Shown piece by piece: positions 18,436 through 28,624 of a stretch of 64,000 nt of DNA. The number at the start of each line of letters is the position of its first letter. Within the stretch, counting starts at the first letter, position 1. Source of the DNA: Tabrizicola sp. (GTDB lineage: Bacteria; Pseudomonadota; Alphaproteobacteria; Rhodobacterales; Rhodobacteraceae); assembly GCF_016793705.1 (NCBI RefSeq), contig NZ_JAEULO010000043.1, forward strand, positions 351 through 64,350, in the 5' to 3' direction. The position numbers and the translations under genes were made by a program. The notes beneath the pieces were generated by a model. That model was given only the letters and a program-made list of their open reading frames with translations, searched no databases and was not told the DNA's origin.

Positions 18436-20387
18436 CAGGCCCCGGTCGGCTCCACGAACATCCGGCCCCGCATCTCCATGTGCAGCGCGTGGCAGAACCA
18501 CTGGCAATAGTACCAGTAGACCCCGGCATTCGCCGCCGTGAAGGTGACGGAACTGGTCGCCTGCGGCCCGATCTCCATCGCGACGCCGTGGTTGCCCATG
18601 GTGAAGCCGTGGGTCAGGTCGTCGATGTCGTCGAGGTTGGTGACGATCACCGTGACCTCATCACCTTCCTTCACCGTGAAGCTTTCCAGCGCGAAGCTGG
18701 GCGCCTGGCTGGAGATGTAGACGCGGACCTTCTTCGGGTCATTCTTGTCGCGGATCACCATGTCCTGCCAGTCGTCCAGGTTCACCCCGTCCGCTTCGGC
18801 CTGGGTACGGGTCTCTGCCCACATCTTGTCCTGCCGGTTCCAGACCGACAGCGGGTTCACCTTGCTTGCCGCCACGCCGATGGCGTCATGCGGTTCGGCG
18901 AAGTTCGGGCCGTCGTGCACCACCACCATCTTGTCGCCCGAGATGTCGATCAGCTGGTCGTTCTCGGGCTTCAGCGGGCCGACGTTCAGGAAGCGGTCCT
19001 TCGAGAACTTGCACAGGCAGACCAGCCAGTTGTTCTCGGCCTCCAGCGTCTCGCCCATCACGGTCTTAAGGTGACCGGGCTGGTACTGCACGTCGACCTT
19101 GTCCTTGATCGGGTCGACCTGTTCGCCGGCATAAGCCTTGATCGCGTCCTCGATGGACCACTTCACCACCTGGCTGTCCAGGAACAGCGAGGTATAGGCG
19201 AAGCCACGTCCGTCGAAGGCGGTGTGCAAGGGGCCGAGGCCCAGTTCCGGCTGCGCGACGATGGTCGTGGACGGATCGGCATCGCCGTCGAAGAGCGCGT
19301 CGAACCTGGTCACATCCAGCACGGTGACGGTCGGCGACAGCTTGCCGCCGATGCAGAGGTGCTTTTTGTCCGGCGCCATGTTGCAGCCGTGCGGGTTGTT
19401 CGGAATGGGGATATAGCGGGTGAACTTGCTCTTCGCGTCCTTCCGCCCGTCCAGCACCCTGACCCCGTTCAGCTCTTCCCCCTCGCCCGCCGCGACGGCG
19501 GCCTCGATCGCGGCGATGTTGAAGACGACGACATGGTCGGCCTCGGCGGCGGTCATGTCGGCCAGCGTCATGCCCATTTCCGAGTTGTAGGACGTGGAGA
19601 AGGCCCACTTGCCCTCATAATCCGCATCGCAGTTGTCGAGGTTGCCCGAGACCATCACCTGCCAGGCGGGCAGCATCGCTTCGGCGTCCACCGCGGTGAA
19701 GATGTTCACATAGGTCGACACGTCCTGCATCGTCGAGCCGTCGTTGACCAGCGGAGCCTCGTCCTCGCCGTTGCAGAAGACGTATTTCGTGCCGGGGAAC
19801 TTCTGCGGCCGCATCCCGTGGATCGCCTTGGCGTTGGGGATTTCCAGGATCGCATCGCATTTCATCACGTCTGCGCGGACCCGGGCGACGCGGGTGTTGG
19901 CCTTGTCGTTCATGAACAGGTACTTGCCGTCGTACTTGCCGTCGGTGAACGACATATGGACGTGGTGCAAATCGCCGTTGTCATGCACCTTCTTGCCGTT
20001 GGCGGCGAGCTGCTTCTTGGTCTTCTCGGTCATCGTGCGCTGGTGGATGCGGACCGATTCATTGGTCTCGCCCCAGCCGGTGGCCGAGCAGCGGTTGAAA
20101 ACCGGCACCCGCATCAGCTCGCGCATCGATGGCAGGCCGAGGATGCGCATCTCGCCGGTCTGGCCCGAGGACCAGAAGCCGTAATGCGTGTCCAGCTGGC
20201 CGGGCGCGACTTCGAAGCCTTCCGCCGCCTGGGCCACGGCGGCCGAGGTGCCAAGCGCCAACGCGCCGACGCCGGCGCCGGTGCCAAGCGCCAGGCGGCC
20301 GCCAAGCGCGCCGGCCAGCGCCGCGCCACCGGCTGTGGCTCCCAGAAGGCCGCGGCGGGAGATGCCAGAGGTGGGTCGTTCAGACAT
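18435..20387 (-). CDS. nosZ: Nitrous-oxide reductase, clade I (Tat-exported)
   Basis: Tat signal ISRRGLL; CuZ His motifs DLHHVH and GPLHT; CuA motif [13 protein letters not shown]. Confidence 0.98.
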   Translation of the reverse strand: MSERPTSGISRRGLLGATAGGAALAGALGGRLALGTGAGVGALALGTSAAVAQAAEGFEVAPGQLDTHYGFWSSGQTGEMRILGLPSMRELMRVPVFNRCSATGWGETNESVRIHQRTMTEKTKKQLAANGKKVHDNGDLHHVHMSFTDGKYDGKYLFMNDKANTRVARVRADVMKCDAILEIPNAKAIHGMRPQKFPGTKYVFCNGEDEAPLVNDGSTMQDVSTYVNIFTAVDAEAMLPAWQVMVSGNLDNCDADYEGKWAFSTSYNSEMGMTLADMTAAEADHVVVFNIAAIEAAVAAGEGEELNGVRVLDGRKDAKSKFTRYIPIPNNPHGCNMAPDKKHLCIGGKLSPTVTVLDVTRFDALFDGDADPSTTIVAQPELGLGPLHTAFDGRGFAYTSLFLDSQVVKWSIEDAIKAYAGEQVDPIKDKVDVQYQPGHLKTVMGETLEAENNWLVCLCKFSKDRFLNVGPLKPENDQLIDISGDKMVVVHDGPNFAEPHDAIGVAASKVNPLSVWNRQDKMWAETRTQAEADGVNLDDWQDMVIRDKNDPKKVRVYISSQAPSFALESFTVKEGDEVTVIVTNLDDIDDLTHGFTMGNHGVAMEIGPQATSSVTFTAANAGVYWYYCQWFCHALHMEMRGRMFVEPTGA

Positions 20388-20399
20388 GATCTGTCCCTT

Positions 20400-22583
20400 T
20401 CATTCAGCAGGTTGGGGTTTGGGTGAGTTCGGATGGCCCGAGATGTTCCGGGCTGGCGAAGCGGCGGCAGTCTCGCGCCGCTTCAGCTTCTTGATCACGA
20501 CCGGACACTTGGTCTTGGACTGGTACAGGACCTGGCAATGCAGACAGTCGATGCATTCGTTCGGGTTGATCTCGCCCGTGGGGTGGATCGACTGGACCGG
20601 GCATTCGATGGCGCAGGTCTGGCAGGGGTTGCCGCATTCCTTGTAGCGCTTCAGCCAGTCGAACATCCGCATCCGCGCGGGGATCGCCAGCGCCGCGCCC
20701 AGCGGGCAGAGATAGCGGCAGTAGAAGCGTTCCACGAAGAGCCCCGCCGCCAGCAGCGCCAGCGCATAGGCCACGAAGGGCCAGGCCCGGACGAATTTCA
20801 GCACGATGGCGGTCTTGAACGGCTCTACCTCGGCCAGATGCTCGGCCTGCTCGATGCTCATGAGGGAAACGCCGAAGAGGCCCAGGAAGATCATGTACTT
20901 GATCGGCCACAGCCGTTCATGCAGGCCCCAGGGCAAAGTCCATTGCGGGATGCGCAGCTTGCGGGCGATCTGGTTGGTCAGCTCTTGCAGAGCGCCAAAG
21001 GGGCAGAGCCAGCCGCAATAGGCGCCCCGGCCCCAGAAGATCAACGAGGCCGCCACGCTGAACCACAGGATGAAGGTCAACGGATCCAGAAGGAAGGCCT
21101 GCCAACTGAACCCGCTGATCAGCGCCCCGAACAGCGCCATCAGGTTGACCACCGAAAGCTGCGCATTGGCATACCAACCGAGGAAAACCAGCGTCACGGT
21201 CAGATAACCCATGCGGAACCACCAGAAGCGGCGCTCGTTCCGGGTGGCGAAGCCTTGGAAGAAGAAGACCAGCGTCAGCACCGCCAGCATCCCGGCGGTG
21301 ATCGCGATTTCAACCTGCTTGTCCTGCCAGATGCGCTTCCACAGCGCCTGCTGCGCCGCCGTCTCTTCCTGCGCGGCAACTGCCTCGGCGGGACCGGTAT
21401 CCTCGGCGGCGACGGGCACCGCGACGGGACGTAGGTATTTCTCGGGCAGCTGATAGCCCAGGTCGAAGGTGGTGTAGAGCTTCTCGATCGGCCCGACCTC
21501 GCGCTGCACCAGAAGCTGGATGCGGAACGGCTTGGTCGGATCGAACCCCACGTCGGCGGGAATCTTGAAGAGATCAGCCTCGGTGAACTCGGGTGCGCCC
21601 GGGGCCGCGACCCCGACCACGCGCTTGTGCATCTTGTCGTGGAACCGGACCGAGACATCGTCCTGGATCAGCACGATCCGGTCGAAGATGCCGCCCCGCA
21701 CATAGCCCGAGCCCTTGAAGCTGTAGATCCCGCGCCCGACGATGATGATGGCATTCTCGCCCGGTTGCAGCCAGTTGCCCAGGTTCGCCGCCTCGCCCTC
21801 GCCCAGGATCACCTTGGCGATCGCCGGGTGGGATACCAAGGCGGCCTGCATCTCGATGAAGGTGGTTTCCGGCGGCTCGGTCAGCGCCCTGGCCGTGGCG
21901 CGCGGATCGCCGAGCGCCGCGAAGGCCGCGTTGACCTGGCCCACGTCCAGCGACAACCGGCGCAGCGTTCCGTCGCCCTCCAGCGCCCTCCAGTCCTGGG
22001 CCGCCGTCGCATCGGGGTTCACCTCGAAGGCCGGACCGGTGCTGGCCGTCTCGGGCGCGAGGCCCCCCAGCCCCATCGCCCGCGCGGCCTTAAGCCCGGC
22101 CCGCACGATGGAATCGTCGATCACCATCACCGTCACGGTCGCACCCGAGATGATGTCGAGGTCATGCGAGGTGCCGCCCGACTTCGCCTCGGCCACAAGG
22201 TCGACGCCGACATAGCTTGCCGCCAGCGCGTCGATCTTGGCCTGGGGAATGCCAATCAGCACGATGGGCTCGGAATGCTTCAGAAGCTTGACGCCGATGA
22301 TCCTGGCGTCCTTGTCGACCGCGACCATCGTGTGAATGGGCTTGCCGGAATAGCCGGTGGTCGACACGAAATCGCTGGTGATGAAGGCCCAGCCGACCGT
22401 CTCGCCCCCTTTCAGGACCGGAACGGCAGGCGCATCCTCGCGCAGCGGACCGAACCCTTCGGCGCCCGCGACCAGTTCTGCCGCAGTGACCTTGGGCAGA
22501 AGGGTCTCCAGGATCGAATCCGCCGCTGCCGGCAGGGGCAGCAGAAGTGCGAGCGAAACGACAAATCGAACAAGAGCTTGCAT
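20400..22583 (-). CDS. nosR: NosR flavo-iron-sulfur membrane protein
   Basis: FMN-attachment ISGAT; CGWLCPFG, CRYLCPLG and C-terminal ferredoxin Cys clusters. Start re-assigned to 22583. Confidence 0.94.
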   Translation of the reverse strand: MQALVRFVVSLALLLPLPAAADSILETLLPKVTAAELVAGAEGFGPLREDAPAVPVLKGGETVGWAFITSDFVSTTGYSGKPIHTMVAVDKDARIIGVKLLKHSEPIVLIGIPQAKIDALAASYVGVDLVAEAKSGGTSHDLDIISGATVTVMVIDDSIVRAGLKAARAMGLGGLAPETASTGPAFEVNPDATAAQDWRALEGDGTLRRLSLDVGQVNAAFAALGDPRATARALTEPPETTFIEMQAALVSHPAIAKVILGEGEAANLGNWLQPGENAIIIVGRGIYSFKGSGYVRGGIFDRIVLIQDDVSVRFHDKMHKRVVGVAAPGAPEFTEADLFKIPADVGFDPTKPFRIQLLVQREVGPIEKLYTTFDLGYQLPEKYLRPVAVPVAAEDTGPAEAVAAQEETAAQQALWKRIWQDKQVEIAITAGMLAVLTLVFFFQGFATRNERRFWWFRMGYLTVTLVFLGWYANAQLSVVNLMALFGALISGFSWQAFLLDPLTFILWFSVAASLIFWGRGAYCGWLCPFGALQELTNQIARKLRIPQWTLPWGLHERLWPIKYMIFLGLFGVSLMSIEQAEHLAEVEPFKTAIVLKFVRAWPFVAYALALLAAGLFVERFYCRYLCPLGAALAIPARMRMFDWLKRYKECGNPCQTCAIECPVQSIHPTGEINPNECIDCLHCQVLYQSKTKCPVVIKKLKRRETAAASPARNISGHPNSPKPQPAE

Positions 22584-22634
22584 GGGCCCCCCGGGGAACT
22601 GGTGCTTGCTTAGTCCGGATCTGCGGAAAGGGCC

Positions 22635-22648
22635 TTGACCTAACTCAA
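22635..22648 (-). promoter_or_regulatory. FNR/NnrR/DNR-type box for nosR
   Basis: TTGAC-CTAA-CTCAA, about 50 bp upstream of the nosR ATG. Confidence 0.75.
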
Positions 22649-22795
22649 GCTTCCGAAAAACGCGATACGGACCCGGCGGCAGAACATCGAGGCGGATTTC
22701 CTGTCTGGCAGGGTAGCCGATTGATCCGGCATTCCACGATCTCTTTACGAAAGAGTTCCTGTCAACCTTTTCCGCATGTAGCATGATGCCAACAC

Positions 22796-23386
22796 ATGTC
22801 CACGACAACGAACATTCCCCCTTCTCTGCTCCCTGCCCGCGTTCATGAAGTCTGCGGACCGGCGGCGACCGGCTTTGCGGCTGTCGCCTGCGCGCAGGGC
22901 AAGGGAGACCTGCTCTGGCTGCGTGAGGACTGGCAGGCCGGGATGCTTGACCCCGCAGGCCTGTCGGCGTTCTGCGATCCCGCGCGAATCCTGGTCGCGC
23001 GGACGAAGAACCAGACCGACACGCTCGCCGCCGCCGAAGAGGCGCTGAGGGATGGCGTGGTCGCGCTGGTGGTGATCGAGATCACCCGCCCGCTGGACCT
23101 GCGCGAGGGGCGGCGGCTGCAACTGGCTGCAAAGGCCGGGCGATCGACGGGCCTCTGCCTGATCCCCGAGGGGGCGGGCAGCCCCGCCACCGAGACACGC
23201 TGGCATTGCGCCCCGGTCTTCGACCCCGCCGAACCGACGGACTCGACTCTGATGCGCTGGGAAATTATCAAGAACAAATCAGGAACAATTGGGGCCTGGC
23301 ATGTTCGATGGAATAGAGCGGCGCATCGTCTCGATGTGGTTTCCCCGGTTGGCCAGCGACCGGGTTCTTCGGCGGCAGGCGGTTGA
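22796..23386 (+). CDS. imuA: ImuA (RecA/SulA-like)
   Basis: RVHEVCG, RRLQLAA; first gene of the imuA-imuB-dnaE2 cassette. Confidence 0.85.
   Translation: MSTTTNIPPSLLPARVHEVCGPAATGFAAVACAQGKGDLLWLREDWQAGMLDPAGLSAFCDPARILVARTKNQTDTLAAAEEALRDGVVALVVIEITRPLDLREGRRLQLAAKAGRSTGLCLIPEGAGSPATETRWHCAPVFDPAEPTDSTLMRWEIIKNKSGTIGAWHVRWNRAAHRLDVVSPVGQRPGSSAAGG
23272..23286 (+). promoter_or_regulatory. Alphaproteobacterial LexA box within the imuA CDS
   Basis: GAAC-AAATCAG-GAAC is a perfect GAAC-N7-GAAC, ending 14 bp before the imuB ATG. Confidence 0.7.
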
Positions 23387-24782
23387 TGGCCCCTTTGCCC
23401 TGACCCTGCGGCTGGACAATACCGAGCGGGTCCATTGCCTGAACCGGCAGGCCGAGGCCGAAGGGCTGTATCGCGGCATGCCGTTCTCCGAGGCCCGGGC
23501 CTTCTGTCCCACCTTGCGCGGCGCCCCGGCCGACCCGGCCCGGGATGCCGTCATGCTGGAAACCTTGCGCCGGTGGGCGACGAAATATTGCCCCTGGGTG
23601 GGGATGGAGGGTGCGGACGGGCTGGTGCTGGACATCACCGGGGCAGCGCATTTGTGGGGCGACGAACCGGCGATGCTGGCCGACATGCAGCTGCGGCTGG
23701 ACCGGGCGGGGTTCGAGGCTCGGATCGGGCTGGCCGACACGCGCGGGGCGGCCTGGGCGCTGGCCCGCCACGGTGGGGGGATCACCGCGCCGGGCGCAGG
23801 TCTGGCCGCGCTGGCAAGCTTGCCCGTCGCGGGCCTGCGGTTGGACGAAGCGACGGTGATCGCTCTGAAGCGGCTGGGGCTGCGGACCATCGGCGCGCTG
23901 GCCACGGCGCCCCGCGCGCCCCTGGCCCGGCGGTTTGGCGCGGGTCTGCTCCTGCGGCTCGACCAGGCGGCGGGCCTTCAGCCCGAGCCGGTCACCCCTC
24001 TTGCCGACCCGCCCCGCCATGCGGTCCGCCTGACCTTGCCGGACCCCATCGGGCTGACGTCTGATGTCATGGCCGGCACCGCGCGGCTGCTTCAGGAGCT
24101 TTGCCTCAGGCTCAAGGCGCAGGAGGTAGGCGCGCGTGTCTTGCGCCTGACCTTGCGCCGGGTCGATCAGGCCAGTTGCCAGGTGGAGTTGCGGCTCGCC
24201 TCTGCCATGCGCGACCCGGCGCGGATCCTGCCGCTTTTCGCGCGAGGGGTGGAGGAGGTGGACGCGGGGTTCGGCATCGACCAGCTGCGGCTGGAGGCGA
24301 CCCAGGTCGACCCCCTGCCCGTGCAGCAGATCGGCCAGGCGGCAGAGGCCCCGGACCGGCGCGACAACCTGATCACCCGGATCGGCACCCGGATCGGGCT
24401 GGACAACATCCGGCGCTTCCTGCCCGCGGACAGCCATATCCCCGAACGCAGCTTCGTCATGATGCCCGCAGCAGGGACGAAGACCTGCGGCGACTGGCAG
24501 GTGCCCCGCCCTCGTCCGCGCCCCCTGCTGCTGTTTCCGCCCGAACCCATCGTCGCGCAAGGAACCCTGCCACCCACCAGTTTCCGCTGGCGGCGGATGC
24601 GCCTGACCACTGCCCGCGCCACGGGGCCGGAACGCATCGCCCCGGAATGGTGGGTCGAGGACGACGGCCCGTGTTCGGGGCTGCGCGATTACTGGCGGAT
24701 CGAGACGCATCAGGGCCGGCGATTGTGGCTGTTCCACATGCCGCAGAAACCGGGCTGGTTCGTACAGGGAGAATTCGCATGA
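23301..24782 (+). CDS. imuB: ImuB, catalytically inactive Y-family polymerase
   Basis: IVSMWFP in place of the catalytic Asp motif; GPERIAPEWW and RDYWRIE C-terminus. Confidence 0.92.
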   Translation: MFDGIERRIVSMWFPRLASDRVLRRQAVDGPFALTLRLDNTERVHCLNRQAEAEGLYRGMPFSEARAFCPTLRGAPADPARDAVMLETLRRWATKYCPWVGMEGADGLVLDITGAAHLWGDEPAMLADMQLRLDRAGFEARIGLADTRGAAWALARHGGGITAPGAGLAALASLPVAGLRLDEATVIALKRLGLRTIGALATAPRAPLARRFGAGLLLRLDQAAGLQPEPVTPLADPPRHAVRLTLPDPIGLTSDVMAGTARLLQELCLRLKAQEVGARVLRLTLRRVDQASCQVELRLASAMRDPARILPLFARGVEEVDAGFGIDQLRLEATQVDPLPVQQIGQAAEAPDRRDNLITRIGTRIGLDNIRRFLPADSHIPERSFVMMPAAGTKTCGDWQVPRPRPRPLLLFPPEPIVAQGTLPPTSFRWRRMRLTTARATGPERIAPEWWVEDDGPCSGLRDYWRIETHQGRRLWLFHMPQKPGWFVQGEFA

Positions 24783-27700
24783 TCCATGCGGCTTTCGAAC
24801 CGGCGGATGACGGGAAAAATGCCCGCTCCCATCGCTATGCCGAACTGTGCGTCACCACGAATTTCACCTTCCTCACCGGCGCTTCGCATCCCGAGGAACT
24901 GGTGCTGCGCGCCGCCGAACTGGGGCTGGAAGCCGTCGCCATTACCGACCGCAACAGCCTGGCCGGCGTCGTGCGGGCGTGGTCGGCGCTGAAGACCTTG
25001 CGGCAAGACGCAGCGAACAGCCTGCGAATCCGCTCATCCACCCGGATCGACACCAGCTCCCGGCAGGAAATCGGACCCGCGCAGGATCTGGCCCATCCGG
25101 CCTGTCCGGCGCTGCCCCGGCTGATCGTTGGCGCGCGGCTTGTCTTGCAGGACAGCGCGGTCGAATGGCTGGCTCTGCCCACGGATCGCAGCGCATACCA
25201 TCGGCTCTCGCGCCTCCTGACGCTGGGCAAGCGCCGGGCCGGAAAGGCGGAATGCCACCTGACGCAGGCCGACCTGGCCGCTCCCGATCCTGACGGCGGC
25301 TGCCGGGGAATGATCCTGATCGCGCTACCCCCTTCTGACCTGCCGCAGTCGGACCCGGACCGGGCGCTTGCTCCGATCCGGGCCATGGTGCGCCGCTATC
25401 CCGGTCATGTCTTCCTGGGCGCCGCGCCGCGCTATGACGGGACGGATCAGGCCTGGTTCGACACCTGCGCCAGGCTTGCACAACAGGCGTCCAGTCCGAT
25501 GGTGGCGGTGGGCGACGTGCTGATGCACCGCGCCGCCCGCCGCCCGCTGGCCGATGTGCTGACCTGCATGCGCGAAGGCCTCACCATCGACCGGATCGGC
25601 ACCCGCGCCCTGATGAACGCCGAGCGGCGGCTGAAAGGCGCCGGGGACATGGCCCGGCTCTATCACCGTCATCCCGCCGCGATCCGCCGCACGCTGGAGA
25701 TCACGGCGCGCTGCGGCTTCGACCTGTCCGAACTCAGCTACGAATATCCCGACGAGATCGCCGATGGCGAAGCGCCCCAGGCCCGGCTGGAACGGCTGAC
25801 CCGCGCGGGTCTGGCCCGGCGTTGCCCCGATGGCATTCCCGACCGCTACCACGACCTCCTGGCGAAAGAACTGGGTGTGGTCGGCGAGCTTGGCTATGCC
25901 GCCTATTTCCTGACCGTGCATGACATCGTGTCCGAGGCCCGCAAGCGCGGCATCCTGTGTCAGGGCCGGGGATCGGCGGCCAATTCGATCATTTGCTGGG
26001 CCCTCGGCATCACCGATGTCTCGCCCGACATGATCGGCATGGTGTTCGAACGCTTCGTCTCGCGCCATCGGGGCGAGCCACCCGACATCGACGTGGATTT
26101 CGAACACGAGCGGCGCGAGGAGGTGATCCAGTGGATCTATGAGCGCTACGGCCGCCACCGCGCCGGGCTTTGCGCGACGGTCATCCATTTCCGCTCCCGC
26201 GCCGCGATCCGCGAAGTGGGCAAGGTCATGGGCCTCAGCGCCGACGTGACCGCCAGCCTCTCGGGGCAGGTCTGGGGCCTGTCAAACGGCGGTGCGGATC
26301 CGGCGCGGATTCGCGAACTTGGCCTGAACCCTGACGACCGCCGCCTTGCCCGCACCATCGCGCTCATCAGAGAGATCATCGGCTTTCCGCGCCACCTGTC
26401 GCAGCATGTCGGCGGTTTCGTCATCACCAAGGGCAGGCTGGACGAGTTGTGCCCGATCGAGAATGCGGCGATGGAGGCGCGCACCTGCATCGAATGGGAC
26501 AAGGACGACATCGACGCGCTGAAGATCCTCAAGGTCGATGTGCTTAGCCTCGGGATGCTGACCTGCATCCGCAAAGCCTTCGATCTGCTGGAAACGCACG
26601 AGAACACCCGCCACACGCTCGCCTCGGTTCCGCAAGAGGACGGGGCAACCTATGACATGCTCTGCCGCGCCGATGCGGTGGGCGTCTTCCAGGTCGAAAG
26701 CCGGGCGCAGATGAATTTCCTGCCCCGCATGAAGCCGCGCGAATTCTACGATCTGGTGATCGAGGTCGCCATCGTCCGCCCCGGCCCGATCCAGGGCGGC
26801 ATGGTCAAACCCTATATCAAGCGGCGGCAGGGGCTGGAAAAGCCGGAACCCTTCGGCCCGGCGCTGGAGGAGGTGACGCGCAGGACGCTCGGGGTGCCGC
26901 TGTTTCAGGAGCAGGCGTTGCAGATCGCCATGGTCGGGGCGGGCTATACGGCGGAAGACGCCGACCAGCTGCGCCGCTCGCTGGCCTCGTTCCGACGCAT
27001 GGGCACCATCGCCCAGCACAAGCAGAAGTTCATCGGCGGGATGCTGGCCAACGGCTACGACCCCGAGGTCGCGGAACGCTGCTTCGGCCAGATCGAGGGT
27101 TTCGCCGACTATGGCTTTCCCGAAAGCCATGCCGCAGCCTTCGCCATGCTGACCTATGTCTCCTCCTGGCTGAAGTGCCACCATCCGGCGATCTTTGCCT
27201 GCGCGCTTCTGAACGCGCAGCCGATGGGCTTCTATGCCCCCGCCCAGATCGTGCGCGACGCCCGCGAGCACGGGGTGGAGATCCGCCCCGTCTGCGTGAA
27301 CCACAGCACCTGGGACAACCGGCTGGAACGGCGTCCCGACGGGCATCTTGCCCTGCGGCTGGGGTTCCGCCAGATCAAGGGCTTCAGCGAGGCGGATGCG
27401 GACGGGATCGTCACCGCGCGCGGCAACGGCTATCCCGATCCCGAAGGCCTCTGGCTGCGGGCTGGCCTGATGTCTCCCGTGCTGGAGCGCCTGGCCGAAG
27501 CCGATGCCTTTTCCGGCCAGGGCCTGACCCGCCGCGATGCGCTCTGGGCCGTGCGGGCGATCCGGGCGCCTGCGCCGCTGCCGCTCTTCGCCAATCCGCT
27601 GGATGGCGAAGGGCTGCGCGAACCGCCCGTCACGCTGCCCGCCATGCATCTGGGCGAGGAGGTGGTCGAAGACTATGTCGCCCTGCGCCTGACCTTGCGC

Positions 27701-28171
27701 GCGCATCCGATGGAACTCTTGCGCCCCGCAATCCCCGGCCTGACGCCTCATGCCGAGCTGGCCCATGTCCCCCTCCGCCGCCTGTCGGTCTGCGGGCTGG
27801 TGATCACCCGCCAGCGCCCCGGCACCGCCTCGGGCGTGATCTTCCTGACGCTGGAGGATGAAACCGGGGTCTGCAACGTCGTCGTCTGGCCGAAGGTCTA
27901 TGAGCGCTTCCGCCGGATCGTGATGGGCGGGCGGCTCTTGCGCGTCACCGGGCGGCTGGAGCGCGAGGGCATCGTCACCCATCTGATCGCCGAACGGATC
28001 GAGGACCTGTCGCCCCGGCTTGCCGATCTCGGTCATCCGCTGGAAGCTGCCGTGGGCCTGACCCAGCCGCAGGCCGACGATGCCCCCCGCCCCCCGCGTC
28101 CTCATCCGGCCCGGGCGCACCATCCGCGGGAACAGGCGAAAAAGCTGTTCCCCAGCCGGGATTTCCATTGA
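24779..28171 (+). CDS. dnaE2: Error-prone DNA polymerase III alpha (ImuC)
   Basis: PHP start YAELCVTTNFTFL; GRGSAANS, PPDIDVDFEH; C-terminal SRDFH. ATG overlaps the imuB stop. Confidence 0.96.
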   Translation: MIHAAFEPADDGKNARSHRYAELCVTTNFTFLTGASHPEELVLRAAELGLEAVAITDRNSLAGVVRAWSALKTLRQDAANSLRIRSSTRIDTSSRQEIGPAQDLAHPACPALPRLIVGARLVLQDSAVEWLALPTDRSAYHRLSRLLTLGKRRAGKAECHLTQADLAAPDPDGGCRGMILIALPPSDLPQSDPDRALAPIRAMVRRYPGHVFLGAAPRYDGTDQAWFDTCARLAQQASSPMVAVGDVLMHRAARRPLADVLTCMREGLTIDRIGTRALMNAERRLKGAGDMARLYHRHPAAIRRTLEITARCGFDLSELSYEYPDEIADGEAPQARLERLTRAGLARRCPDGIPDRYHDLLAKELGVVGELGYAAYFLTVHDIVSEARKRGILCQGRGSAANSIICWALGITDVSPDMIGMVFERFVSRHRGEPPDIDVDFEHERREEVIQWIYERYGRHRAGLCATVIHFRSRAAIREVGKVMGLSADVTASLSGQVWGLSNGGADPARIRELGLNPDDRRLARTIALIREIIGFPRHLSQHVGGFVITKGRLDELCPIENAAMEARTCIEWDKDDIDALKILKVDVLSLGMLTCIRKAFDLLETHENTRHTLASVPQEDGATYDMLCRADAVGVFQVESRAQMNFLPRMKPREFYDLVIEVAIVRPGPIQGGMVKPYIKRRQGLEKPEPFGPALEEVTRRTLGVPLFQEQALQIAMVGAGYTAEDADQLRRSLASFRRMGTIAQHKQKFIGGMLANGYDPEVAERCFGQIEGFADYGFPESHAAAFAMLTYVSSWLKCHHPAIFACALLNAQPMGFYAPAQIVRDAREHGVEIRPVCVNHSTWDNRLERRPDGHLALRLGFRQIKGFSEADADGIVTARGNGYPDPEGLWLRAGLMSPVLERLAEADAFSGQGLTRRDALWAVRAIRAPAPLPLFANPLDGEGLREPPVTLPAMHLGEEVVEDYVALRLTLRAHPMELLRPAIPGLTPHAELAHVPLRRLSVCGLVITRQRPGTASGVIFLTLEDETGVCNVVVWPKVYERFRRIVMGGRLLRVTGRLEREGIVTHLIAERIEDLSPRLADLGHPLEAAVGLTQPQADDAPRPPRPHPARAHHPREQAKKLFPSRDFH

Positions 28172-28237
28172 GACAGGCCGCCAAACCCCCGATTTCGGGC
28201 CAGAGGCTCGCAACGGGGCCTCCCCAGGCATGAAACG

Positions 28238-28265
28238 GACCCCGGCAGCGCGACCTGCCGGGGTC
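28238..28265. terminator. Hairpin between convergent genes
   Basis: GACCCCGGCAG-cgcgac-CTGCCGGGGTC, perfect 11-bp stem. Confidence 0.7.
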
Positions 28266-28279
28266 CTCGTCTTTCGGGG

Positions 28280-28529
28280 TCAGCGGTTGCGCCAGTCGCG
28301 ATGGGCGGCTTCGGCATGACCCTCGGAATCTCCGGACCATCCCTGGCCCCGGTCATCCCCGAAACGCGACGACATCGACCGCCCGCCGCCGAACCCCGCC
28401 GAAGAACCGATCCCGGCGGTCTTCGTCGCTGGTGAAGCGCCCCTATTCGTCACGCTCGCGGGAATTCGCGTTCCTGTTCGTCTGGATCACCGTTCCTGAT
28501 GTTGCGGCGGACGTGCCGCCCGCTGCCAT
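28280..28529 (-). pseudogene. Degraded small stress protein (RDExGRF / GDSEGHAEAA-type)
   Basis: Frame 1 reads ...SRERDE*GRFTSDED (TAG at 28443-28445). After a frameshift the other frame reads ...GQGWSGDSEGHAEAAHRDWRNR*. Confidence 0.55.
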
Positions 28530-28624
28530 TTGAACCGGAAAGGAAGGGTTGTTCCCCCTCCCATCCCGGTCAGCTTCAAGGGGAAACGTCGGCCGAGAAT
28601 CCAGCCGACGCCGCTTTCGTAGCG

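Noticed and set aside
20249-20293. Direct repeat GTGCCAAGCGCCA in the nosZ 5' end
   Set aside because: Encodes the ordinary Ala/Gly/Leu h-region of the Tat signal (LALGT twice).
22650-22795. LexA box upstream of imuA
   Set aside because: Single GTTC and GAAC tetramers are present, but none has a partner at N7 spacing.
24101-24778. N-terminal extension of the tracked 1356-aa dnaE2 ORF
   Set aside because: Overlaps imuB in another frame. The PHP domain starts at ATG 24779, coupled to the imuB stop.
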